NCBI GenBank assembly: GCA_965287045.1
Contig: OZ336870.1
Location: 121,830,001-121,894,000 of the forward strand
Reading direction: 5' to 3'
Length of the DNA stretch: 64,000 nucleotides
Origin: Carcharhinus amblyrhynchos
Lineage: Eukaryota
Shown: in pieces, positions 27,411 to 41,160 of the stretch
How the letters are laid out: every line of letters begins with the position of its first letter
How positions within the stretch are numbered: the first letter of the stretch is position 1
Translations under genes and position numbers: made by a program
Notes under the pieces: generated by a model
Seen by the model: only the letters and a program-made list of their open reading frames with translations
What the model was told of the DNA's origin: nothing
Database searches by the model: none

Positions 27411-30400
27411 TGCTAGTTCAGAGGCACGAATGCGACCAAATGAAACACAGACAACGCGATGTGCATGAACTTGGCATCTATGATCATTATATCCGGACAT
27501 ACCCCCATAGTATGCCACATCCTACACTGAGAACGTATTGATGCAAACGTTTCAGGTACAACTGGTGAAATGCTTTCATTTATATAAAATGAGATGACAT
27601 GGAACTGTTTCCGTTCTTTATACGTGAGTATTCGAATAAAGCAAAATATTTTAATCAACTATTTCAGTGTACTACCAATGTTTAAACAAACGTGATGCAT
27701 GGATTATGAAGTTTTACTAACTACATATTAACCATTTTTATTTCCCATCAGATTTGTATTCCTAGCAATTCTTATTAAGCACTTCAATTGCCTATCTCGC
27801 CCTGGGGTAAACGAAGTTCGCGTGAACATTTTTGTTTTTACGTTAACATTTTAGAAAGGTATGTTATGGTAAGCCTAGTTGACGTCAACACACTGAAATG
27901 CCGACGATACGGGTTTCCGCAGTGCTCAAATGCCTATTGTTGCAGTTCCATTCAATACAAAGTGGATCTGAATGACCTGCTGTCCGCTTCTGAACAGATA
28001 ACCTCTACTTATATAACCCGTGGAAAGGTATTGCAGAGCCGGATTGGTCAACAGCGCTGTTCATCAGCTCACCTTACAAGAATTGTAATAAAGAGTACTT
28101 GAGAAACAGGAATGTGAATGCAAATACTGTAATAGGGAAAATAGCGCACGTGACATTCTTTACCTCAGAATAATAAATTATTATCGAACAGGTACCTGAT
28201 TTCCCCAAATATAGTGCTCCCGACTCTTTTCGATCTTCCAATAAACAAGGTGCATGATGTATGCCTTGCCAAACGAGGCATGATTGTGTAAATTTGTTTC
28301 CATGCTAAATATGTGAGGCATGTTATTATAACCACTGCGAAAACGTTGTTCTCCAGGTGGGATTTGCTTTCGTGTCTGGTGGCAGACTTTGTCCGTAGGC
28401 TTGTAAAGCGGCAGGTATCTACCCCATCCCACACAGGTTTCCGAATTATATTTTATTTACTCGTATTTCCCCCTCCTCCTCCCGCAATGATGTTATATCA
28501 AACACTGATGCGACCACAGGCGGTAAAACCGCGAATCTAAAACGATTGCTAATTCCAATGGTGAATCAGCGCGAGTATCATTCCGAATTAAATATTCAAA
28601 GACCTATGTACTACTTTACAAGAGTCATGGAACAAAGATAAAAGAACATTATAGAGCTTTGAATAATTTATTTTATTTTTAAAATAATTTGTTGATGTTA
28701 CCTGCCCACAGTCCAGATCGATTTTGTTATAAACAAAATAACGCCCAGATTTGAGAAACCTGCCCAAACAAGGATAAACTATTTCACAATCAACACTTTC
28801 AGAACTTTTTTGTAACGATACGATTTTAGTTAAATTAAAATGATGCTGGGACTGACTTAGCCCGGATTCTGAATCTATACAAATGTTAACTAAAGTGCAT
28901 CCGAAAGGCGGTAAATGTTTAATTCCATCAGAGAGTGTCGTCTTCGAAACGTTGCTAAAAAGGCCCCTCGACAGTGCCAGCATCGTTTAGAATGAATGAC
29001 TTACAACCTGGAGACCGAGAATTCGAAATTACCGACCTTTTAGCTGTCTCGGTTTTGCTAAATTACACATCCTAACACTCACTGAATTAAACATGCCTAA
29101 CTCACCCTGTCTACCGCTCAATATTCAGTCTCTACAATTATTAAACAAGGTGTTGTGTCTGTGTATGTATGTGTGGTTGCGTGGGGGGGGGGGGGAGCGG
29201 AGGGTGGGGGCTGCCGAGCTACATTAGCGTCAGTTACTGAAAGTTTTTTTTTGATTTTCTTTCTACGTTCAAACCACAAAACAAAACTCAGTGCACGTGC
29301 ATATTTCAGTGTTGTGAGGTTGAACGTGCATCTCATTGAAAGCAGCAAAAATCAATCTACCTTGGCACAATCCAAAAAAATCAATCAAAAATGACAGTAA
29401 TACTGCTGGAACGGGAACAATATTCCGACCAGTCCATAAAAGTTACTCGGTAGAATTTAGATAAAGTACTTTGAATTCTCAAGTTTAAAACGTTGCATTG
29501 AAAACTCTTTCAGACCAATAATGGATGGCACGCATTGCATGTTTCCTCTGCCATCAGAATGGAAACCCTTACCTCATATTCTAGGGGCTGATCGGTTGCC
29601 AGAGATAGTCTGTCCGAATGTAGTGTTACAAACATTTTGTTCTGTTTACTTATAAACTAAACGATTCGTTGCAAGCTTTCTAAATCAGATACAAGGCAAT
29701 CGTGACCGAGTGCTCAGCGCAAACTGATGTACTTTTCTTTTGATTACTTCAACTCTGCTAACCTGTAACAGGCCACCAAATCAATCCATTCATTAACATA
29801 TGATCATTCTACCGTGATAATGTGCGTGCAGTGTGCATTGACCGGTGGGTATGGCGTTATAGCCCAATATCCTAATCATGTTCTTTGCAACCAAAGCTGG
29901 TCGTTCATGAAGGAATTATAATTAGATGCCCGTATTATTTTAGTAGCGACAAAGCTATGTGCGGCCAGCCACCCCATTATGTGTCATCTGTGCAGTACAA
30001 AGAGTAACGTGGAACAGAAAATAACTTCCATCCATTCTGGAGTCGCAGGCGTTCAATATTTTATCAATCCGCCAGGAAGACGGTTTATGTTCAAATAAAG
30101 TAAATCGCTGCTCCGCGACAGGCTGCTGGGAAGATTGACATGAATTTCCATTAATTCACGGTCCATCCCAATTAGTGCAGTTAAAGAAAACGACAATAGT
30201 GCAATTATGGAAACTGGGCCGGAGGATAGCGCGTACACAGACACACATAGAGAACAAGAGTTGCCAACGTGGTGATACAGACATCTGCTGAAACCTGTCA
30301 AATACAAACGAATATAAAGTTTCACTTGTATGATAGAAGACGGGGCATTGATAGCTTCTAGCTCCATCCCTGTCAGGAGATGCATGTTTTTGAGTAGTTG

Positions 30401-32999
30401 ATATGGTAATTAAGAATTTCGTGAGACGCTCGGGTCACCTCGGTTCCTCAGAGAGTCGTATCAGAAATTCTTTTCAAGTGTCCTTTGCGTCGCCAAAGAT
30501 GACAACACAGCAAATCGATAACTCCTTCAAATGAAAGGGTTTGATCGCTACCCTCGAGGCTACACATCTCACATCCCTAGCCCTTTTTTTTCTGAAGTTG
30601 GCGGATTCCTCTGCACTTTCTCCCTGAGAAAGAGGCGCTTCTGGATTCTCCTGATGAAGGTAAATCCTCAATTAACAGAAAATGCACATTATATGCGGTC
30701 CTCCAGGGTCCTCTCTCTTTTTTTTAATTTTGCAATTTGGTGCCAGGCCAATAACGCTGAGCATCCTTGTAAGGTGTAAAAAAAAGGTGCTGGGGACTAA
30801 ATAGATCAATCTGTAATTACTCTAGTTTAAAACGTAAATGAATTGTGTTGTGTTCGGATGTAAATGACAGGCTCGTGTTTCCGTTGTGTAAACGGAGGGC
30901 GTTCCGGAAGAATTATTTTGAACCTGAGCTTTATTATCCTGCTTGAAATGATTTACTACAAGTCGACGGCAACTGTGTATCGGAAGAAACCTTTCTTCCG
31001 TGCGAACCCTACTCTGAGGCGAATCAAGAGCACCATTTAGACAGGGGTGCCACAAAAGTCGGGTGTGCGATTATTTTATTCTGACACATTTTCTGTGGTT
31101 TTTTTGCGGGGTTATGGAAGTGCGCGGTCCTGTGATTACTCCACAATGATTACTCCATTGGATTTTAATGGAATCTGCTTCCGAAGTTGAAATGTCCATC
31201 AATGTAAAACCCGTGAGATCCATGAAAATGCAAGCGGCTTTAGCTTCAGTGCGGACCTTAATCCCAGAAAGTTACTATTTTCCGCAATTTGCTCTTAACA
31301 GACACTGAGACGGCTCTTAGTTAACATAACCTATCCATAAATATAAGCGCATTTAACTCTGGGGTGGCGGGGATTGGGATCGGGTGGAGTGGGGGTGGGG
31401 GAGGTTTACTATAAGAAGCTCAAATGATCAACCCCGGTGGTTTGGTAGTATTTCTAGTTGCATACAGAATGGACATCTTTTATACCGGCTACTTGTGTTA
31501 TACATCTAGAAGAGATAGCAGTACACATGTTGAAAAGAGTAAGATCACCACCACTATTTTAGTGCCCCTAATTATGTTAGGACGTCTAGCTGTTCCAGAA
31601 ATCCCCCTTTTCCTCCAGCGGCCTGTCTAATGTTTTATCCCCTGGTGATTAAAGGCATTAATTAGTTGCTTAATGGGGGTATGACTAAAAATGTAAAAGA
31701 AGGATTAAGGCGGCGAAACGTATGTATAGCTCCTTCGACACACTCGAGATCCGAATGAGAAGCATTCTGTATCTTATGTTTCTCTGTGGTACATTTGCAT
31801 TTTACAACAGATGCTCACTTAAGCTGCACCGGCGAATCGAATTAAACACGTATGGCAGAATGGCGGGATAGCTGATCAGTGGGAAAGCAAGAAAACAAAG
31901 ATTACCGAGAATCTATGGCTGCTGTACATCACGATTTAACTAGGCAATTGTAATTAATCTAATTAATTGAAAGGACTTATTTGTGTTCCTTTTGGTTTAA
32001 TAGAAAATGCTTCCAAAGTGTCTGCTATTCTCATTTTTGTTCTTTTTCGAAGCATTTCTAACATCCTCGCTCTCAATAGAACGTCCTTCATCACATCTGT
32101 GCACTTTCCCGGAGAGATACGGAAAACGTGGTGCAATTTTCCTTTCCTCGCTAACCCTGGTGGTGGGAAACTACCAAGGGTGATTAAATTCGTCTAAACT
32201 CTTGGCTAAATTCGTTCTTTAGACGAAGCGTGAAAACTAAGCGTGTACTCCCATCTTTTTTCCCCTTTGTAATGTACAGGCGAGTTAGACACTCCTCATG
32301 TAGGTTTGAATATTTTCAGCAACTGAGTCCTTCTTCAAAGTAAACATTGTACCTGGCCAATTGCATACTTCGCCCGCATCCTGATGTTGGGATTGTCAAT
32401 TGTATTTACTGTCAGTCTAATAAAAAAATTTACATGGCAAAAAAACAGCTTTTTAACTATCGGTTTTCCCAAAAAAATGCACTCGAATTCATTCCAAAGT
32501 TAGATTCATTTCACGTCGTATCGTTGTGATGGTAAACATGGGCTATGGCACATCATTTTTTTTATTTGAAATTACAATATGTAAATCAAATTCCGCTACC
32601 GCAATTAGTTTGCGTATTGTGCAGGGCAGGAAGTAAATTGCAAGCAAATAAATGCGACACATTTTTAAAAACTCATTATACCAGGATGTGTGTCACCTTA
32701 GATTAAATTACTACCAACTGAAACCCTTGGAAACTTTCCTCTTCGGCACTTTTGTACTAAAAATAACTTTGATGTCCAAACGAGTTTGCAGGTATAGCTT
32801 TAGTGGCCCGTGTGTTGTGCAGCCAAATAGATGATTTACCCAGATTTTTTTTAATGCTCTGTTCTTTGTGTCTTTCTTTAAAAGTGAAATCTGATGAAAA
32901 CCGAGTTGCTTGCTCTTTTGGGTGTTTAACTCTGAACTCCCAAAGGCTCAGTCCCTCTTTTAAAAGACTCAATTTCTCTGTCTCCCCCTCTCTCTCTCT

Positions 33000-33723
33000 C
33001 TCCCTGTGATATATTGGAATCTTTCCTGACGTCACGTCTTTCTAAAATAGACAGAGAAACAGATCCTAAAGAATCTGGAGAGAAAGGAAAGGGGGAGAGA
33101 CAGAGAGAGAAACACAAGGAGACCAAGCGGAAGCGTTAGTTGATTTCATTTTGTATAATCTTTCAAGCTTGCATCTGTCGTTCGCAGGACTGTTACTAAC
33201 CCAACGATAGCCACACACATTTAAAAAAAAAGCTCGTCAGCTTCTGTCTGGTAAGTCGACTCGTCCTTTTTTTTTAGGTGTGAGATAATGCAAGTCTGAG
33301 AATTCGTTCCACACTCCCACAGCCCCGTGTGTGTGCTTTGTAACTGCGATCACCATTTCACTGCACTTAGCATTTCCCTCGCTCAAGCGAGTAAGTGATT
33401 AGTTTTGAGGGGTTCATTTGTGCTGTGGATCCAGCCTCGGTTTTGTTGACAGGAAAGGAGGGGGGAGGACGAAGAGTGTCTTTTTAACTAAAGATGCACT
33501 TTTCTTACAACTACCATCCCGTCCCCCAGTGGCAGTTGTCGGTAAGTTTCAGCGGCTCCTCTTGGCCTGGTGTCTTATAGCATTCGGTTGTTAAGTTCTG
33601 AAGCAAGTGTTGGGGAAATCGCCCCAGCGCCGCTGTAACCTCCGCAAGCCAACAGCAGCCAGAGGGGAACAGCTTGAGGGTCACGGTGCACAGGCCAGCG
33701 TGTCTTTCCCTTCGCGGCCAAAG
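33000..33723 (+). other. pitx2: Pitx2 distal (P1) promoter and non-coding exon 1; TSS uncertain
   Basis: CRE TGACGTCA (33027-33034) in GGAATCTTTCCTGACGTCACGTC and GGAAATCGCCCC (~33614) both resemble the human PITX2A/B 5' UTR as I recall it. Donor AAG|GTAAAG at 33724. Confidence 0.55.
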
Positions 33724-34313
33724 GTAAAGGGGGCCTGATTCTTTCAGTAGTAACTGCGAAGAACTTCGGCCGACTTCGAAGCCGGTTTGGTGTAATTGCT
33801 TTGGCGGTAAAGATAACTTTGCAAGGTGCATTCTGCTTATTTGTATTTTCGTAACATCAATTTTTGTTTTCAACCGCGGTTGACCAGTTGATAAATGATA
33901 TGTTAGCATCCCGAACCATTACAGTATAATTTTCTCGTTTTATTTTTAATCAGTTGTAGGCTGGATTTTTTTTAACTTTGTGGTGCTGAACCTTGGCTCT
34001 CATCTGATTTCACTTTTCTACTTTGAATCTGACAAATTACTAACGCTTAATGCAATGGAACGCAAAATAAAACACCGAATAGGTAGTAATGGATTGAAAT
34101 GTTATTTGCAAACCATACTTGCAAAGAAAGGACAGGGCAGCGAGATCATCATTCGCAATGCCATCGATTGCAAATATCAGGGCCAGGCGTGGTGTGAATT
34201 TTTCATCCGGAAATATGAAAACATAACGAAGATTTCGACCAAAAACAGGCACACCACCTTGAGCTCGCACACTGGAGTTTGTTCAGATTTAAATAGTGTG
34301 GGGACAACCAAAT

Positions 34314-34388
34314 GGGGAATTTCATAGTAACTTCATTGCAGTTTTAATGTAAGCCTTACTTGTGACTAATAAATAAACTTTAAATAAA
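34314..34388 (+). mobile_element. Short SINE/LINE 3' tail insertion in Pitx2 intron 1
   Basis: AGTAACTTCATTGCAG.TTAATGTAAGCC..ACTTGTGAC matches the tail of the SINE at 62805-62865, followed by TAAATAAAC repeats. Confidence 0.7.
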
Positions 34389-35973
34389 CCAGCAGTTAAT
34401 GCAAGGAGAGATTTGAAGGTTCATATAATGCAAAGGATTAAGCTATATGGTGGCTCTGGGTGTTTCATTTTAACATATTTGACCCATAAGGTGTGTGTTT
34501 TGCAATGATTAACGAGGGAGAAGTGGGTGTTATTGCATTAGTCACTCAAAAGCCTCAGTGTTGGTGTCTTATTCACTGAACATCACGAGAGATTAAGTAA
34601 AAAGACTGCCGGTGGGGAAGAAAACGAGAGGTAACATTTATTCTGCTCTGAGTGCAATGATATTTGAAGTAACACTTCTTTTTTTTAAGTAATTGGGAAG
34701 TACGAGTACATAGTTACATGTTATTCCGCCACTTAAAATGTTAGCTACAATAAGTGTGCGCCATGCCAATGCCATATATCTCAATTGTCTTCATCACTTA
34801 ATCAAATCGTGTTTACTATAGTTTGTGCAGTCAAGGCTAATTTATTCAGTCTCTCAAGCACAAAGTGATGCATAATTATTAACGCCGACTTTAAACTGGT
34901 TGGAAATTAAAAATAACTAGATATAATTTTACTGGAAATCTATCAGAAGACCTTCATTTTGGTGTTCGCGTCTGAATATTTGGCAAATTCTTCCTACTCT
35001 GCAAGGTAGCAAAGCCAGCACTGTTGCAAGGGAGATAGTTTAGTTCCAGATAGATTTGAAAAGCAGCAAAAAAAACGATTACCATGATGATGACATGCAA
35101 ATTTTTAAAAAATTATCATAAGCAAACATTTGAAGCCTGGACTAATAAAATCCCATCTGTGTTACTTCATATCGAGTTAGTCCACCGCTCTGATAATGAA
35201 TTTTGTAATATCCCACCGACAGACATCTCAATCAGACACTAATCCTGCGACTTTACTGCGGAATCACTAAATATCCAGCAGGCAAACTGTCGCACTTTGG
35301 CACTTGTGGCCGTGCCTGCGCCTATAGTTTAGAAAACAAGAAACAGATTAAATCGTGTGAAATCGCTCGAGTTTGGGATGAGATTGATCACGGGACATCG
35401 GTTGCCAAGAACCCGCGTTTTTTTTTGTAGGAAGTGCTGTAAAATTGCTGTTCTCTGGTACATTTTAAATCCGGCTCAAGGTTAAGCAGGGAAAAAAAAC
35501 AGCGACACAATTTCGCAATTCACAATGACAGCATAATACATTTGAATTAAGATTGCCCTTTCCCTGTATATTAATGAAAACCACGCTGCTGGTTATCTAA
35601 TTTTAATAAAATGCACATTTGAAATGTGTAAAACAGATCGAACAAAGGACTCTATGTTTTTCTGATCTGATGTTTTGTGAATTCAAATAACTGCATTTGT
35701 TATAAACCAGCCGCTGATGAAATCGAGATTGCCAAGGCCACAGTCGAAGTTAGTTATTGTCGGTTTCTGTTCGTAGCTCTGAACCTTGGTTTGTAGGTTG
35801 CATGATTATTTTTGCCCAGATTGTCCCTTTCCAAATTCTGACACTGCATGTTTCATATTGCTGTAATTATAAGTATAATAGCAACATTTGCCTCCATGTC
35901 TAACGGTGTTACACTGGCTCTGACGGTTAATCTTGTGCAACTCTCTCTAGATAAACAATTGACTGGCGGTATT

Positions 35974-36010
35974 ATGGATGCCAACTGCCGTAAGCATTGC
36001 GTCGAATTAT
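35974..36010 (+). CDS. pitx2: Pitx2 exon 2 (a/b N-terminus), coding part; exon starts 35951
   Basis: MDANCRKHCVEL+T versus human METNCRKLVSACVQL+G. Acceptor CTCTCTCTAG at 35950, donor GTGAGT at 36011, phase 1. Confidence 0.88.
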
Positions 36011-37175
36011 GTGAGTAAAAGCTTCGTTTAACGCCCCCCCCCCCCGCCTCTTTAAAACATCTTGCAATGTAGGGGCAGTTAATACTTTTGTCGAAACTTG
36101 GCCTGTGTATAAATGACACGTAGGGAAGCTGATTGATTCCCCTGGCGCATTTTTCTCAATGCACCGTCTACTACCGACAGCCACAGAGGGTATTTTCACT
36201 CTGAGCTGTGACCGGCTAAAATTATATTCTGAAGCAAGTTTCAGTGAAGCTCAGATCCTCAAAGCAACAAGAAATAAGAATGAGCATCCCTACAGTGCTT
36301 AAGGAGAGGAAAACAGGTTAATGCAAATGTAGAATTAGAGATTTTAATATGTGACAAATGTACACTTTTGGAACAAATGCCAATAAGATGCTTTGAAATA
36401 TGTAACCACTATAGTTGTGAAATTTTACCGACAGCCAGGTACTGGGCAGTTTCTGTGGGTGAGGCCTGTTGGTGATGTCATGGCTGACATTAATTAAGCA
36501 GCGAAGGAGAGAGTTGGAGCTCAGAGTGCCATAAGGAACGTTTAATTAACTCCAGTATTGGGAAGCGAATACACAGACACGTCTGTGCTTTCTTTTGGTT
36601 TTGTAACCTTGAAAAATCGGTGCTTATGCGACAAACTGGGAAAGTGCAATTCCTTCAGCACCCCAGAAAAGAGGGACCGGAAAGCAGGCAGATACGCTCA
36701 TTCCACGTGAAGAAAAGAAATATGCTCCTTTTGAATCAAACGTATTGTCATCTTCTTAACATGAACCCCATCAGAATAATTCGACAAAAATACTTGCCTC
36801 AAAAGACGAAAAACCCACGCAGAAAACATGTCAAAAGTAATGGTTATAGTTTAAACGCACACGTCTCTAAATCTGCCGGTATATTTTCTTTTTTTCTCAT
36901 TAGTGCCACCTATCCAAAAGGTTGGCTCGAATATGATTAATATAATAACCTTGCTGCTGGTATTAAACATGCGTTTATGTGAGGGCTGCTTGACAGTCCT
37001 CTAGACAACTTGAGTTAGATTTTAAAACATAGAGCATGAATATCTGAGAAGGGGCGTGGGCGAGAACCAACGGAACAATCTAAACTAGGGAAAGTAGAAA
37101 ACCAAAGGGGCTAACAGAAATTTTTGTTGCATTTTATTTACGTGTCTCACTTCGTTTCTATGTTTCCCCTCTCAG

Positions 37176-37310
37176 CCTCGCAGCCCTCTGCTGTGGAGTA
37201 TTTATTTACGAAAGACACAGAAATTCGAAAATCTGAATTAAGTTCTGCAACGGAAGCTGGAAACAGTAGAAAAGATAATAAATTCCTGAGGCATCACCTC
37301 GACTCGCATG
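37176..37310 (+). CDS. pitx2: Pitx2 exon 3 (Pitx2b-specific cassette exon)
   Basis: SQPSAVEYLFTKDTEIRKSEL versus human PITX2B VQPAAVECLFSKDSEIKKVEF. Acceptor TTTCCCCTCTCAG, donor ATG|GTAGGC, 135 nt, phase 1-1. Confidence 0.9.
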
Positions 37311-39874
37311 GTAGGCAAAACAAAATAGTCTCCTATATTAAAATTTCCGAACATAAAGTCTTGAAATATTTACGTGATCGGATGGACGGAATTATGGTGT
37401 GCGTAACATCATTCACTACACTAAACCTTACAACAGAATTCCACTACACCCTCTAACCAAACTGAAAGAAATCTCTCAAGATACACCGGTTAGCCTAAAA
37501 TTTGTGTTAGAGCGGCCTCTGCTGTACTAAAAGATCAAGTGTAGCAATCCTGAAGGGGTTCTGCTTGCTATGTGAACCCGGCATTTCTAAATTCCTTACA
37601 AGCAAGATAAACAACCGACCAACCTCAATTTTAAATCAAAGTAATTTGAGAAAAAAATTCATTTTCCTGGACTCATCTGAATAATTTACATTTGACTAAA
37701 TAGCAAGTCCATTCATAAAAGAACAGGTAATAAAATATTGAAGATTGTTTCTCTGTTTGATTCTATCGTTTGTTTTTTAAAAATACATTCCTGCGTATAT
37801 TACTTACTTTAAAAGGTGTAAATTATCTGCATACATGCAATTTCTGATATTTTCAGAAAGTGCGCATCCAAATGAGTACAAACCAATTGTGCTGTTTATC
37901 TTCACGAACCTCACATTTTGAGACAAAGAGCTCGGCTGAAGAAAATTAATTGACTTTGCAAAAGCCCTTTTTCTCACATAAAATCGCTTTCTTCATACGC
38001 CGTTAGTAATCCTTGATGTGCTGCAGTTTTCTTGTTGTGCACTGCTAGATGCGTTAATTGGACATTTTCCTACAAAAAACAGGTTTAAACAGGTTTTCCT
38101 TTCCGTTTGAAATATAAAGATATGCAAGTAAGTTAGTTGTTCTGCTCTAATGTGTGTTTTTAATTGAACCTAGTATTAATCCTGCTATAAATCCTTTGCG
38201 TTATGTAATACTTTTTTATTGGCAATTGCAGAAGTATAATCTACAGTCATCCATTAATTTGGCCTAAACCTACCAAATTGTATTCAATTTTCTGTTTGCA
38301 ACCGAACCATTCATTGGAGCTGCGTATCTATAGACGTGTTTCGAATACACTTGATTCAGTAATTTCCAAAAATGTATAAAATTACCTAGACAGACAATCT
38401 TAAAGTAAAACGAAACGAAAATATAACAATTTGCTCTCATATTGTGTGGCATCCATTTCAACTCCAAATTTCGGGTCCGCATATTTTAATCTTGTTTGTG
38501 CTTCCAATTTGATGATATGCAAACGTTAATTTTGAGGGTTTATTTATTCCATAGTCTATTCAATTGTGTGCATGTGTGCACAAATACGTTGTGTGTTGAA
38601 ATGTTTTTAGATAGCACAGTGTTCCAGTCTGCTCCGTCGTTACTTTCGCATTTAAGCAGTTTGTGTACAGTTTAAATCATTGCACAAACGGATTTTTATG
38701 ATCAAATTTAACCATTACCATTTAGCCAGTCCGACACAATTTAAATGATCAGATTACATTGAGGAGGCTAAGTGATGCTTGGAAACCCATATGTTATAAG
38801 CTATAGCGTTTCTTTATCCGCAGGCCCCCTGAAAAATAATTCTAAATGTAAAATAAAATTTGACATGGTTTATCTCTTTAATACCAAACAGCTGCATGAA
38901 TTGCGAACAGTTTGAAAATACTTCGTTTTTCTTGAATATGCAAACATGCTACAGTTTCTCTTGTCACTTTTTAAAATGGGTATTCACTCACTCCAGTAAT
39001 CCACTAATCTGGAGTAACAATTCGTGTACTATGGTGTATAAAATGTTTTTAAATCTTGTTCATTGTGAGAGTCATTTAACGAGAAATTTAGAAGCATGTT
39101 TCAGGTGAAGAGTGAGGCGGTGTTTGTACTAAAGAAATGTGTTACTGCACTGCCTAATCCTCTATGTGTGTAAATGGAGAGGGGTGCCATGGAGACGGGA
39201 AAGAACTAGAAATTTGTCAAATATCAATGAAAGAAAGTTTATTTCCTTTTAAGATCTGTTTACTGTCTGTCTGTTTTGTACAGTCTGTGTAATATATGCA
39301 GCAGTTGTTAGATTGACTCGAGGGAAAACTAAATGTATAATGAAAGCTTATTCGTGAGTAGGAATATACTAATGGAACAATTTGATATCTTCTTAATCCT
39401 TTGTAAAAAGCTTTGTCGTCTTCCTAATATTGACTGAATGGGTAATTAATGGCTCTTCATCTTGGAGAATACTCAGTAATCCAACATAGGAAAAAGACAA
39501 CAAACCCAAGGTATAAGACAACAAAACAAGCACAAATCTACCCAAACAGCACCAATTCATCCACTTAACAGACTACAAGTTCTGGAAGTAATCTTCTAAT
39601 GTATATGTGCAAATACAATCAGAGCCAGCGACCGTGTCACAATACTACAAACATCCTAATTCGATACCTAAAAGCCTTATAATAAACGTGCAATTGATGG
39701 ATCAGAAGTGCATTTTAATTTAACTTTTTTTCGATTCCACGGCGCATTTATTTGAAAATAGTTTTGTGATCTTTTCTATGTGTCAGCACAACAGCTATGC
39801 ATATTTTGGATTTTTTTAAATCATATTTTGCTCATGAAATATGCAGTATTCAAATAGCTCAATCTCCAACCACA

Positions 39875-41160
39875 GTTTCCTCTCTAAGATCTTAGATTTG
39901 TTGTTACGTCGCAAATCCGTGCCGAGCTTTCCCAGAAATGCAACTTTGACTCCTTTCAATCAGTTTTTCACTCCTGCCACCGTACGGCTCTTATCAAAGT
40001 CACAAATAGCACCCCATGTGACTGTGACAAGGTAAACTTTCCTCCCTATCCTTTAGAACCTGTCTGCAACCTCTGACAGGGTTGACCTCACCATCCTCCT
40101 CCTCCAACTCTCCTGCACTATTGTCCAGCTGCACGGGACTGCACTTGCCCAGTTCCATCCTTGACTATCAAGCCAAGGATCGCCTGCAGTCCCTTCTCTT
40201 CAGGCTGCCATGTCGCCATTAATGAATTTTTTTATATTGGTTCCCTCCTATTTTTCATTTGCATGCTACCCCTCGGCAACATCACCTCAAAATACAACAT
40301 CAGTCTCCACGCGTACGCTGATAGCATCTAACACTACCATTACCTCCTTCGATCCCTTTCACTGTCCTGACATTGTCAAATTGCTTGCACAGAACCCGGT
40401 ACTGAATGAGAAGACATTTCCTCCAACCAAATATTGGGAGGATAATAAACCGTCGTCTTTGGTTCCTACCACATTCGCCGTTCCCTTACCATTGTCTCAA
40501 TTCCTCACCTTGGCAACTCTCCGAAATTGAACAAGACTGGTCACAACCTTGATGCCATATTTGACCCTGACTCCCTCATTCATGCCTCTGCTATTTCTAT
40601 ATTGAGCTATTCCAGCAGACTACTGGCCAGCCTCCGCGTTCTACCCTCTGTAAACTTGAGATCATCCAAAACTCTGTTAACTGTGCCCTTCTTTGCAAAA
40701 ACCCGTTCACCCATCACTCGGGTCATTGGTGTCCATTGTTTCCTGATTAAGTATGTCTCATTTATATTTTAAAAATCATCCTTGATTACAAATCCTCTCC
40801 ATATTTATGTAACATGCAGAAGCCCCGCAACCTCCCTTCCCCAACACCACTATTGAGATCTCTGTAATCCTTTAATTCTGGCCGCTTAGGCATCTCCAAT
40901 TTTAATCACTCCTGCTTTGGTGGGCAAACCTTCAGTTGCCTAGACATTAAACTTTATAATTGCCTCCCCAAACCTCTCCGCCTCGCTTTCCTCCTTCACG
41001 ATACTCCTTATCACCCATCTCTTTAACCAAGATTTTGGTCATTGGATCTGACAACTCTTTATGTGGCCGTGTCAAAATTTGTTTGATAACACACATATGA
41101 TGTGCCTCGCAACATTTTATTTTGGTAGTGGTGCTATATAAAGTATAAATTGTTTTATTG
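39875..41160 (+). mobile_element. Ancient L2-class LINE 3' fragment in Pitx2 intron
   Basis: Degenerate RT-like stretches (GCTCTTATCAAAGTCACAAAT = ALIKVTN; CCTGTCTGCAACCTCTGACAGGGTTGAC ~ LSAAFDTVD) and an L2-like end GGTGCTATATAAA. Confidence 0.7.
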
